From Verrucomicrobia bacterium Opi.OSU.00C (GTDB lineage: Bacteria; Verrucomicrobiota; Verrucomicrobiia; Opitutales; PNEW01), in contig PNEW01000003.1 of NCBI GenBank assembly GCA_002922725.1, positions 1-63,627 on the forward strand: a stretch of DNA of 63,627 nucleotides. Reading direction: 5' to 3'. The position numbers were made by a program, and so were the translations under genes. The notes beneath the pieces are model-generated. The model saw only the letters and a list, made by a program, of their open reading frames with translations. It had not been told where the DNA came from and did not search any database. Shown here one piece after another: positions 19,544 to 28,207 of this stretch (position 1 is the stretch's first letter; each line of letters opens with the position of its first letter).

Positions 19544-20701
19544 TTAGAGTTTTATAAGATTAAAAAACTCTTCGTTTGTTTTAGTCTTAGATAGGCGTGC
19601 AATTGCTGTTTCTGCGGCTTCTTCAACCTTAATTCCTGCAAGTGCTCGACGAAGAAAGTGACAATATTCAAGCATATCAGGATGAAGAAGTAATTCTTCG
19701 CGACGAGTACCAGAGGCGGCGATGTTTATCGCTGGCCAGATACGTAGTTCAGCTGCTTTACGATCCAGTACCATTTCCATGTTTCCTGTTCCTTTAAATT
19801 CTTGAAAAATGAAATCATCCATACGACTACCAGTTTCAATAAGTGCTGAGGCGATAATAGTGAGACTACCTGCTTCTTCCGTATTACGTGCTGCAGAAAA
19901 TAACTGACGGGGCTTTTCGAGAGCACGAATGTCTAAGCCACCTGTCATTGTGCGGCCACCACCACCCTTAGCAGAGTTATGTGCACGTGATAAGCGGGTT
20001 AGTGAGTCAAGCATTAATACGACATCTTTTCCAACTTCTACTAAACGCTTGGCCCGTTCAATTGCTAGATCTGCTATGCGGATATGATTTATCAATTCTT
20101 CATCATTTGAAGATGCCCATATTTCGGCTGGTACACTTCTTTTAAGATCAGTTACTTCTTCAGGTCTTTCATCGACAAGAAGCATCATAACATGGCATTC
20201 AGGATGATTTTCAATGACACCAAGAGCAATATCCCGCAGTAATGTGGTTTTACCAGTTCGTGGAGGTGCGACAATAAGTCCACGTTGTCCTTTGCCTATA
20301 GGACAAAAGATGTCCATCGCGCGAACCGTCATATTACCATCTTTTGTTTCAAGCTTTAACCACTTATCAGGGGTGATGGTTGTAAGTTGGGTAAATTCAA
20401 TACTTTTTCTACGGTTTTCCACAGATAAATTATCGATAGTATCAATATAACGTACTTTTGGATTTTGGAATCTTCTATCCTGTTGACCTTGTCCAACAAT
20501 ATGACTCCCACGGCGTATTTTAAACCGGCGGATCAATTCTTGGGGTAAAAATGGATCAGAGGCCCTTTTCCTACCATTTCTTGCGGGATCAAGCAATTGC
20601 CCCGACTTGTTAGATTGAGGTTCAAAAATTCCTTTAACACTAATATTACCTTCACTGTTAATATTAGTGTGACTAGTTTGATGCTGGTTATTTGTCTCCA
20701 T
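19544..20701 (-). CDS. rho: Transcription termination factor Rho (short N-terminus)
   Basis: 385 aa. Walker A GKGQRGLIVAPPRTGKT, LLVDERPEEV, RNTEEAGSLTIIASALIETGSRMD and GTGNMEMVLDR are all canonical Rho. Confidence 0.93.
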   Translation of the reverse strand: METNNQHQTSHTNINSEGNISVKGIFEPQSNKSGQLLDPARNGRKRASDPFLPQELIRRFKIRRGSHIVGQGQQDRRFQNPKVRYIDTIDNLSVENRRKSIEFTQLTTITPDKWLKLETKDGNMTVRAMDIFCPIGKGQRGLIVAPPRTGKTTLLRDIALGVIENHPECHVMMLLVDERPEEVTDLKRSVPAEIWASSNDEELINHIRIADLAIERAKRLVEVGKDVVLMLDSLTRLSRAHNSAKGGGGRTMTGGLDIRALEKPRQLFSAARNTEEAGSLTIIASALIETGSRMDDFIFQEFKGTGNMEMVLDRKAAELRIWPAINIAASGTRREELLLHPDMLEYCHFLRRALAGIKVEEAAETAIARLSKTKTNEEFFNLIKL

Positions 20702-20727
20702 AATTAGAGAAGGTTCTGGGAATTAAC

Positions 20728-20755
20728 AAAATTTCCTTATGGCGGAGGAAATTTT
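20728..20755 (-). promoter_or_regulatory. 10-bp perfect hairpin in the presumed rho 5' leader
   Basis: AAAATTTCCT (20728..20737) is the reverse complement of AGGAAATTTT (20746..20755), with an 8-nt loop. It lies 27-54 nt upstream of the rho ATG (20701). Function is inferred only. Confidence 0.3.
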
Positions 20756-20841
20756 TAATCTACGAAAAAAAACCGTGATTTTTTAAAAAAAAATGAGGTA
20801 GTTTTTTCTTTTTAAACCCTCTAAATAGGGGTATAAAGTTA

Positions 20842-20869
20842 ATACTAGAAATTTATAATCATCTGTCAA
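20842..20869 (-). promoter_or_regulatory. Candidate sigma70-type promoter for rho (TTGACA-16 nt-TAGTAT)
   Basis: On the minus strand, TTGACA (20869..20864), a 16-nt spacer, then TAGTAT (20847..20842). Motif match by eye only, in AT-rich DNA. Confidence 0.25.
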
Positions 20870-20953
20870 TGCCCATATTTGGTCATTAATATTCCTTCTA
20901 TGAGATCTGATCTGTTGAAGCAAGCGGTAGTTAACATGAACATTATTTAATAA

Positions 20954-21826
20954 ATGAATCACTGGATCCTTGCTATAAGACCGAAAACTTTACCAGCTGC
21001 AATTATACCTGTTTTATTGGGGAGTGCATTAGCTTGGAAAAGTGGGGCTTTTCAGTTGTTACCAGCTTTTCTCTGCTTTGCTTTTTCTTTGCTCGTTCAG
21101 ATTGCGACGAATTTAGGTAATGATTATTATGATTTTATTAAAGGAGCTGATACACCTGATCGAATTGGTCCTTTTCGTGCAACTGCTTCAGGAGTAGTTC
21201 AACCTTTGGTGATGAAAAGAGCAATGTGTGTAATTTTTGTCATAGCTAGTTGGGTTGGTTTAGGACTTATTCCTTATGGGGGGTGGCCTCTACTCATTGT
21301 AGGTTTCAGTAGTATATTTTGTGGTTTTGCTTACACAGGTGGACCTTACCCCCTTGGCTACCACGGATGGGGAGATCTATTAGTATTTGTTTTTTTTGGA
21401 GTAATTGCAGTCGTGTTTACCAATTATATTCAGACGGGCCAATTTACATTTGAAGCCTTCCTCGTTTCTTGGATTGTGGGTTCACTGGCTACGAATATTC
21501 TAGTAGTTAATAATTATCGTGATAAAGAAACTGATTCTCGAGCGGGAAAGAATACACTAACTGTTCGATTTGGACGCAAATTTTCCTTTTATGAATATCA
21601 AGTATTATTTTTTATAGCTCTTTTGAGTAATCTATTTCTATGGAGATTAGAGCGCCAACTCTGGTTGCTTTTGCCAGTAATAGTTTGGCCTTTTAGTTTA
21701 TATCTCAGAAGTCGTCTTGCGAATTCCATTACAGGAATTGAGTACAATAACCTGTTGGCTTATACAGTTATATTTTTACTGATATATGGGCTATTGCTTG
21801 CCCTTGGAATAATAATGTCCACCTAA
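20954..21826 (+). CDS. menA: 1,4-dihydroxy-2-naphthoate polyprenyltransferase
   Basis: 290 aa, about 8 TM helices. UbiA-family motif NLGNDYYDFIKGADTPDR and second Asp-rich motif NNYRDKETD. Confidence 0.88.
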   Translation: MNHWILAIRPKTLPAAIIPVLLGSALAWKSGAFQLLPAFLCFAFSLLVQIATNLGNDYYDFIKGADTPDRIGPFRATASGVVQPLVMKRAMCVIFVIASWVGLGLIPYGGWPLLIVGFSSIFCGFAYTGGPYPLGYHGWGDLLVFVFFGVIAVVFTNYIQTGQFTFEAFLVSWIVGSLATNILVVNNYRDKETDSRAGKNTLTVRFGRKFSFYEYQVLFFIALLSNLFLWRLERQLWLLLPVIVWPFSLYLRSRLANSITGIEYNNLLAYTVIFLLIYGLLLALGIIMST

Positions 21827-21989
21827 GAGGAAGGTAACATTTAAAATAAAAAATATTATCATCTTTATCAAAGGCAGTGTAGATTAATGGCAGATGAAAA
21901 ATTATCACCATTGTAATCGATAAAATGTAAGTAATCACCCAGACACTAAAAAGAGATTATAATCTACCGAGAAAATTTAGCTTAAATAT

Positions 21990-22032
21990 GACAAAATAAG
22001 GCTGTATTGAAGCCTATTTCCATTCAATGGAA
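21990..22032 (-). terminator. Possible intrinsic terminator region downstream of trxA (two hairpins followed by TATTTTGT)
   Basis: Minus strand: TTCCAT-TGA-ATGGAA (22032..22018), then AGGCT-TCAATAC-AGCCT (22015..21999), then TATTTTGT. Stems are short (5-6 bp), so this is tentative. Confidence 0.35.
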
Positions 22033-22036
22033 CTAT

Positions 22037-22363
22037 TTATATATAAATAGTCAGCTTATTCTTTAAATCATCTTTATTTGTGAGGCCAACTATCTGGTCT
22101 ACAATTGAACCATCTTTGAACAGAAGCATGGTTGGTATTGCTCGAATATTGAAACGGCTAGCTATATTAGCGTTATTATCCACATTTACTTTGCATATTT
22201 GTATTTGGTCGCCCATTTCAATTGCGAGTTCTTCAAGAATAGGTGCAATAGATTTACAAGGCCCACACCAAGGAGCCCAAAAATCTATGAGGGTAGGTTT
22301 AGACATTTCGGTTATTGTCGTATCAAAGTTATCATTATCCAAAATTTTTATGTTTTCTGTCAT
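22037..22363 (-). CDS. trxA: Thioredoxin
   Basis: The internal Met gives a 108-aa protein (MTENIKILDNDNFDTTI...) with active site WAPWCGPCK. The ORF-track 5' extension to 22480 overlaps the upstream gene and is not thioredoxin-like. Confidence 0.9.
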   Translation of the reverse strand: MTENIKILDNDNFDTTITEMSKPTLIDFWAPWCGPCKSIAPILEELAIEMGDQIQICKVNVDNNANIASRFNIRAIPTMLLFKDGSIVDQIVGLTNKDDLKNKLTIYI

Positions 22364-22406
22364 AAATTTAGTATTATAGGTAGAGGTTAAAGAAACAATC
22401 AAGGGT

Positions 22407-22652
22407 TTATGATTTTGGAGTATTTTTTTCAAGTAGATAGGACAGTTCTTTTGTTTCAACGTCTTCAAGTTTTTTCCCACTATTTTTCAAGTCTTCAAAT
22501 GTTTTGACTAATGACTCAGTCATTTTGTCATGCGTCTCTTCAGATCCACCTAAAATTGAAAATTGATCAGCCTGTGTTACCCTTTTGTGGCCATCATCAT
22601 TATCCAGGCCTAATCCGAGAAGGTGACTAGTGTTCTTTTTCCCTCTGCTCAT
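22407..22652 (-). CDS. Hypothetical small acidic/lysine-rich protein (81 aa)
   Basis: Open frame between scpA and trxA on the same strand. Soluble-looking composition, no Cys, no TM segment, and no family I recognise. Confidence 0.5.
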   Translation of the reverse strand: MSRGKKNTSHLLGLGLDNDDGHKRVTQADQFSILGGSEETHDKMTESLVKTFEDLKNSGKKLEDVETKELSYLLEKNTPKS

Positions 22653-22696
22653 GAATATATATTGGTTATATAGATTAAAAGTAAATTGGAAATAAA

Positions 22697-22825
22697 TTAT
22701 CCCTGATTTTTAAGTTTGAGTCGACACTGAATATCAGTAAACGGCATTTTCTGGTCGATTTCAATTGTTTGCATACGCGCTAGCTCAAGGATTGCAAGGA
22801 AGGTTGCAATAAGAAAATTAAGATT
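22697..22825 (-). other. scpA: ScpA C-terminal winged-helix coding segment, in frame but downstream of the TAA at 22826..22828
   Basis: Hand translation of the 42 codons after the TAA gives NLNFLIATFLAILELARMQTIEIDQKMPFTDIQCRLKLKNQG, then TAA at 22697..22699. This fits the conserved ScpA C-terminal FLAxLEL...Q...F..I pattern. Confidence 0.7.
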
Positions 22826-23464
22826 TTACTCGCGGTTAGTAAAAAGTTCCGAAAAAAGAAATTCTGGTGTTGAGTCAAGCAGTTCAATGATATACTCCAT
22901 ACGTTCAGATATAGTCACCAATTCATCGTGAATTTCACCATAGGTAATTCTTTCCGAAAATCGGCGTATAACCTGATTAAATGAATTCCATATTTCAATT
23001 TTGTCAGATGATTTAAGTGGGCGAAGTATAATTTCTCCGTTATTCTCAGAGAAGTCTCGAGGTAAATAATTAATGGTTTCAGAAATGACATCCTCAAGCT
23101 CAAGTGCAGCATTTTTAAACTTTTTATATTCAATTAGCTGTTGGACTAGTTCCCACCGAGGATCAATCTCATTTTCATCCTCAGTTTCGCTAAAGCGTTC
23201 TTTTTTAGGTAGAAGCATGCGACTTTTTATATGCATTAATGTTGCTGCCATAACAAAAAAATCACCAGCTACTTCCAGGTCTAACTTATCCATATTATAA
23301 ATCACATCGAGATATTGACTCGTAACCTTTTCAATAGGTATATTATAAATATCGATTTCATTTTTACGGATAAGAAAAAGTAAGAGGTCCAGTGGCCCTT
23401 CGAAAATATTCAGGCGTATCGAGTAATCAATAGACGGAACGATCGCGTCTTCCACTATTGTCAT
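22826..23464 (-). CDS. scpA: Segregation and condensation protein A (kleisin), truncated by an in-frame TAA; full-length frame would be 22697..23464 (255 codons)
   Basis: 212 aa. LNIFEGPLDLLLFLIRKNEIDIYNIPIEKVTSQYL is the ScpA N-terminal domain. Confidence 0.85.
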   Translation of the reverse strand: MTIVEDAIVPSIDYSIRLNIFEGPLDLLLFLIRKNEIDIYNIPIEKVTSQYLDVIYNMDKLDLEVAGDFFVMAATLMHIKSRMLLPKKERFSETEDENEIDPRWELVQQLIEYKKFKNAALELEDVISETINYLPRDFSENNGEIILRPLKSSDKIEIWNSFNQVIRRFSERITYGEIHDELVTISERMEYIIELLDSTPEFLFSELFTNRE

Positions 23465-23485
23465 GAGATGGGATCCCTAAACAGA

Positions 23486-25600
23486 TTAAAACTGAAGTAG
23501 GTTAAAACGAATCTTAAAGCTAGTGTCATCTTCTCTGAAGTTGCCTGAATAGAATGCTAATTGGTACTCAACTTCCCAAGCATTTCCTAATCTTTGATGG
23601 AGAACATATCTTTGTTCCGTAATGTCATTGCGTCGTGTATCAAAAAGCATACGTGCACGAAATCCTAAATTTCTGTTCAGACGTTGGTAATAGTCAAACC
23701 CATATTGATTGACTTCGTTCTGTAAGTGATCAGAAAAGAAGGATACTGACCAAAAATTACTGTCGTGAATGGTTATCCGATTGCGCCAATCCTGCGCAGT
23801 AAAACTTCCCGGAGTGATACGATTATAAATATCGATTCTCATCCAGTGGACAGGATTCATTTGTAATTGCGTGTATAGACCTGACCATTTATCTGCCCCA
23901 TTTTCTGCAGAGAAAAGAAAATCCTGATAAATATTAAATGAAACTAGATCCTGTGAACCATAACCATGATGACGCGTTTGAAGAAGATTTTCTATCCCGA
24001 CACGAAGAACATTCAAGTCAGTCATTTCATCCAGATGGCGAGTATTCCCTAAATCAATTGATGGCAAATTAGTTCCTAAATAATCTCGATCAATAGGAAT
24101 AATTTTGTTCTTTCCTGAATCTCCTCCTGGTAGATAGCGATATTGTAACACAGGTTTAAATACATGACGTACCCCATTAATTCCCCAAAGTGGGTTTTGA
24201 AAATCCCAAGTAGCATAGGATGATATTTCGGCATCCAGTCCTAGTTCTCCTATTATCCTCGTATAGCTATCGTTACTATTGAGGGTCGATCCGTAATGTG
24301 TAAACCGAGCACCGCCAATGGGCATAATATTTAGCCATTTATTAATTTTTAGAGGTCGATAAAGAGAGTAAAAAGCATCGTAACGATCAGACTTCAAAGA
24401 AGGATTCCCGACTATACTATTTTCTTCTAATCGTACAGCACTGGCATTAAAACTATAATAAAAACCAGTATTGAGTAATGGTGTCGGCATCACATCGATC
24501 CGGATTTCTGGGAGGCGTTCGTGTTGAATTTGAAAATCATTGGGGCGAAAGCGTGCAAAAGAAGAAACAAAGAAATTTTTACCTTGATAAATAGCTTCAA
24601 CATAATTGTCTGGTTGCTGATTTTCATGAAATTTATCAGGACGGAAATCTCGTATTACCTCAGAATCACTCCATGCGTTAACATTAGCTGATATTTGAAA
24701 TCGATTGCCTATTGGTTGCATATGCTGAAAGTCGAAAAAGTACCGATCTGTATCTATACTATTTCCCCTATTATCGAGGCCTGGATTGCCTGAATCATCT
24801 ATGTAACCTGATTGGAATCTACTAATCCCCCCATTCTTTAAAGGGTTGATCTGCCATGCATAAGCTGGTCCGAGCAGAATACCCCTTTCAGTATAAGCAT
24901 CAAATCCAAGACCAACAGATAAATTTTTCGAGACTGGTATAAGAGGATTGTTTTTTACATAGGTTCCAAGATGCCCCTGATATCCAAGTCTCCCTTTAAG
25001 TTGTATATATTTTTGCCCTTGTTCCTGTGAAAAGCTAGGAAGGCGAAAAATTGAAGTTTCACCCAAACCGAAAGTTGGGTTATCTGCTTCAATACGTTGG
25101 TTTGGGAAAAACCTGACTTCCTTCGCTTGCATATTTAAGGCGAGTGAAGAGGGCTCTTGAAAATACACACGTGTGTTGTGGAGATTAACTTCTTTTTCCG
25201 TCCCATCAAGCCCTTCACCTACTGCGTAGTAGGGAGGTGAACCCATTCGAAAGGGACCTGACTGTAAACGTTTCTCGAGAACATCATAGACAAGATCCTC
25301 GCTGACATGACGTATATTGCCATAGGTAACTCTAACATTACCGTGGGCTTCAGCAATTCGCTTATTTTGATTATAATGAATTTCATCAGCAATAACTGTA
25401 AGATTTTCATGAATAAATGTGGCTTCACCACGAGCTACCATAGTTTTGGTATTACCATCAAACTCTATGGGGTGATCTGAGCTTATCTGGGGTTGTTTGC
25501 TAAAGCTGTGAGCAGTGAGTGAGACCAAGGCAAAAAATGTAATATATCTAAAAACTCTCACGATTAACAGGCTTTTAATAACTGGAAAACCATCGCACAT
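23486..25600 (-). CDS. lptD: LPS-assembly outer-membrane protein LptD (OstA family)
   Basis: 704 aa with a signal-like N-terminus. OstA_N-like repeat (ARGEATFIHENLTVIADEIHYNQNKRIAEAHGNVRVTYGN), a large beta-barrel-like aromatic-rich C-terminal region, and a terminal F. Confidence 0.8.
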   Translation of the reverse strand: MCDGFPVIKSLLIVRVFRYITFFALVSLTAHSFSKQPQISSDHPIEFDGNTKTMVARGEATFIHENLTVIADEIHYNQNKRIAEAHGNVRVTYGNIRHVSEDLVYDVLEKRLQSGPFRMGSPPYYAVGEGLDGTEKEVNLHNTRVYFQEPSSLALNMQAKEVRFFPNQRIEADNPTFGLGETSIFRLPSFSQEQGQKYIQLKGRLGYQGHLGTYVKNNPLIPVSKNLSVGLGFDAYTERGILLGPAYAWQINPLKNGGISRFQSGYIDDSGNPGLDNRGNSIDTDRYFFDFQHMQPIGNRFQISANVNAWSDSEVIRDFRPDKFHENQQPDNYVEAIYQGKNFFVSSFARFRPNDFQIQHERLPEIRIDVMPTPLLNTGFYYSFNASAVRLEENSIVGNPSLKSDRYDAFYSLYRPLKINKWLNIMPIGGARFTHYGSTLNSNDSYTRIIGELGLDAEISSYATWDFQNPLWGINGVRHVFKPVLQYRYLPGGDSGKNKIIPIDRDYLGTNLPSIDLGNTRHLDEMTDLNVLRVGIENLLQTRHHGYGSQDLVSFNIYQDFLFSAENGADKWSGLYTQLQMNPVHWMRIDIYNRITPGSFTAQDWRNRITIHDSNFWSVSFFSDHLQNEVNQYGFDYYQRLNRNLGFRARMLFDTRRNDITEQRYVLHQRLGNAWEVEYQLAFYSGNFREDDTSFKIRFNLLQF

Positions 25601-25883
25601 GGCTAAAATTTAGAGGCAATGCTATTTTTCTAGCATATTAGTATTTCACTATCAAGCTCATTCATGAATTTTGTCGAAAGACTACTGAAGGAGCTGATGG
25701 AGCTGATAATTGGAAGATCCTTTCTTCACGATTTATTTATTACATAATACAGAAAATTATGTTTATACTGAACGAAATGGATGGTAGACATTTGTAAAAT
25801 AACTATACGAATTGAGTTAATGCCATTTTTAATTAAGCAGTATTAAATATTAAATAATAAATACTATTTGGAGTCGAGTATTC

Positions 25884-28100
25884 GTGATAATAAATAAAAA
25901 TGAATTAAATGCTATTCTCAATGCTAAGCATTCTAATCCACACAGCCTACTAGGGTTACATCAATATCGGGTTAAGAAAAAAAGAGGGCTAGTCGCTCGA
26001 ACATTTATCCGCAATGCTAAATCTTGTGAGATTGTTGACATCGAATCAAAACCTAAAAAAACGTATTCTCTAGAAAAAATTTCGTCTGATGGTTTTTTTG
26101 AAGGGTGGATACCAAATAGGTCTAAAGTCTTTCGCTATTATTTGAGGATTGAAAAAACAAATGGAGAAACCCAACAATACTATGATCCTTACAGTTTTAT
26201 GCCCACAATAACTGACTATGAACTTCATTTATTCAATGAAGGTAATGATCATCAAATCTATGAGAAATTAGGTGCTCATATTAGTCATGTTAACGGTGTT
26301 TCCGGGGTTTCATTCGCCGTATGGGCACCAAGTGCCAAACGTATTTCAGTTGTTGGTGATTTTAATTTGTGGGAAGGGGTATATCATCCAATGCGCTTGC
26401 TCGGTTCTTCAGGAGTATGGGAATTATTCATACCTGGTTTAAAAAAATATACAAAATATAAATATGAAATAATTGGAGCGGATAATCTTCTACGACTAAA
26501 AACAGATCCCTATGGAGTTTTTTTTGAGTCATCTCCAAATAATGCCTCTATCATTAAGGATATTGATAAGTATGAATGGCGAGATACAGCTTGGATGGAA
26601 GAACGCAAGTGTACCGATTGGTTAAAGCAACCCATTTCGATTTATGAAGTTCACTTTGGATCATGGAAACGTATGGGGGAAATGGGGAATCGGGCATTAT
26701 CTTACCGTGAAATGGCTAGAGAGCTGACCAACTATGTGAAATACATGGGGTTCACCCATGTTGAATTTCTTCCTTTGAATGAACATCCTTTTACCGGTTC
26801 CTGGGGATATCAACCCACAGGATTTTTTGCTCCCACCCACCGTTATGGTAATACTGAGGATTTAATGTTTCTGATTGATACATTGCATTGTAACGGAATC
26901 GGCGTGATTATGGATTGGGTCCCTGGTCATTTTCCGAAGGATATTTTCTCACTCGCTGAATTTGATGGTACAAAATTGTATGAATATACAGATCCACGCA
27001 AGGGTTACCATCAGCATTGGGGTACTTTGGTTTTTAATTATGGACGTAATGAAGTAAGGTGCTTTCTTATCGCCAGTGCCTTTTCGTGGTTCCACCGTTA
27101 TCATATCGATGGGTTACGCGTTGATGCCGTAGCCTCTATGCTTTATCTTGATTTTTCGAGAAAGGTTGGTGAATGGGTTCCTAATGAATACGGGGGGCGT
27201 GAAAATTTAGAAGCAATGCATTTTATTCGACAATTAAATACCCTTGTCCGAAACTATTATCCTGGTGCAATTATGATAGCTGAAGACTCGAGTTCATGGC
27301 AAGGCGTTACACACAGTGACAAGGAGAATGACCTCGGATTTGATTTTAAGTGGAATATGGGGTGGATGAATGACACTTTAAGTTTTTTTAATCAAGATCC
27401 TATTTCGAGAAAAAGGCACCTTAATGATCTTACTTTTGCATCAATATACAAGGATTCAGAGAATTTTATTCTCACCTTTTCTCATGATGAAGTGGTTCAT
27501 GGTAAAGGTTCCATGATTATGAAAATGGGCGCTGAATCGATGTCTGCTAAAGCGCAGAATCTTCGGGCTCTTTATACTTTAATGTGGGTTTGGCCTGGTA
27601 AAAAGTCCTTATTTATGGGGAACGAATTTGGACAATCATCAGAATGGAATCATGATGAAAACTTGCAGTGGTATCTTTTGCAGTATGTGGATCATGAAGG
27701 GCTTCAAAAAATTGTGCGCGAACTTAATATTGTTTATAAGTCTGAACCTGGACTTTATGAAAGAGATAATACCCCATGTAATATTAATTGGATTCGGGCG
27801 AATGATGTGGATAACTGCGTAATTGCTTTTCTGCGTGTTGGGAGATATGATGGGGAATCATTTCTTGTAGTTGGTAATTATTCATCTATTGTAAAAAAAA
27901 ATTACCGCCTGGGGGTGCCGTACTCAGGAAAGTGGAAAGAAATTATAAATTCAGATTTGTACAGTAATGGAGGTAATGGAAAGGAAAGCCTGGAGGAACT
28001 TGTTACCTGTGATGATCCCAATGATGGATACAGCTATTCTCTTAATTTAACCCTCCCTAACTGTACCACAGTTATTTATAAATTCTGGGGTAAATATTAA
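25884..28100 (+). CDS. glgB: 1,4-alpha-glucan branching enzyme
   Basis: 738 aa. GH13 motifs DWVPGHF, GLRVDAVASMLY, MIAEDSS and FSHDEVVHGKGS. Confidence 0.95.
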   Translation: MIINKNELNAILNAKHSNPHSLLGLHQYRVKKKRGLVARTFIRNAKSCEIVDIESKPKKTYSLEKISSDGFFEGWIPNRSKVFRYYLRIEKTNGETQQYYDPYSFMPTITDYELHLFNEGNDHQIYEKLGAHISHVNGVSGVSFAVWAPSAKRISVVGDFNLWEGVYHPMRLLGSSGVWELFIPGLKKYTKYKYEIIGADNLLRLKTDPYGVFFESSPNNASIIKDIDKYEWRDTAWMEERKCTDWLKQPISIYEVHFGSWKRMGEMGNRALSYREMARELTNYVKYMGFTHVEFLPLNEHPFTGSWGYQPTGFFAPTHRYGNTEDLMFLIDTLHCNGIGVIMDWVPGHFPKDIFSLAEFDGTKLYEYTDPRKGYHQHWGTLVFNYGRNEVRCFLIASAFSWFHRYHIDGLRVDAVASMLYLDFSRKVGEWVPNEYGGRENLEAMHFIRQLNTLVRNYYPGAIMIAEDSSSWQGVTHSDKENDLGFDFKWNMGWMNDTLSFFNQDPISRKRHLNDLTFASIYKDSENFILTFSHDEVVHGKGSMIMKMGAESMSAKAQNLRALYTLMWVWPGKKSLFMGNEFGQSSEWNHDENLQWYLLQYVDHEGLQKIVRELNIVYKSEPGLYERDNTPCNINWIRANDVDNCVIAFLRVGRYDGESFLVVGNYSSIVKKNYRLGVPYSGKWKEIINSDLYSNGGNGKESLEELVTCDDPNDGYSYSLNLTLPNCTTVIYKFWGKY

Positions 28101-28207
28101 TTAGAAATTAAGACTGAGGTTTTATATTCTGTCATGTATAGCTAAATGGTGATAGCTGATTTATATTTTTCTGGACAAATAGTTTATACAAGTAAAGAAG
28201 TCTTTGT

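Noticed and set aside
22364-22480. N-terminal 39-aa extension of thioredoxin in the ORF track
   Set aside because: The extension overlaps the 3' end of the upstream 81-aa ORF and is not thioredoxin-like. The internal Met gives the standard 108-aa TrxA.
22826-22828. Reassignment of TAA as a sense codon to explain the scpA in-frame stop
   Set aside because: Many clearly complete genes in the window terminate at TAA at the expected family length (for example cysI, ilvC neighbours, thrC, cimA). No other conserved gene here has an internal TAA.
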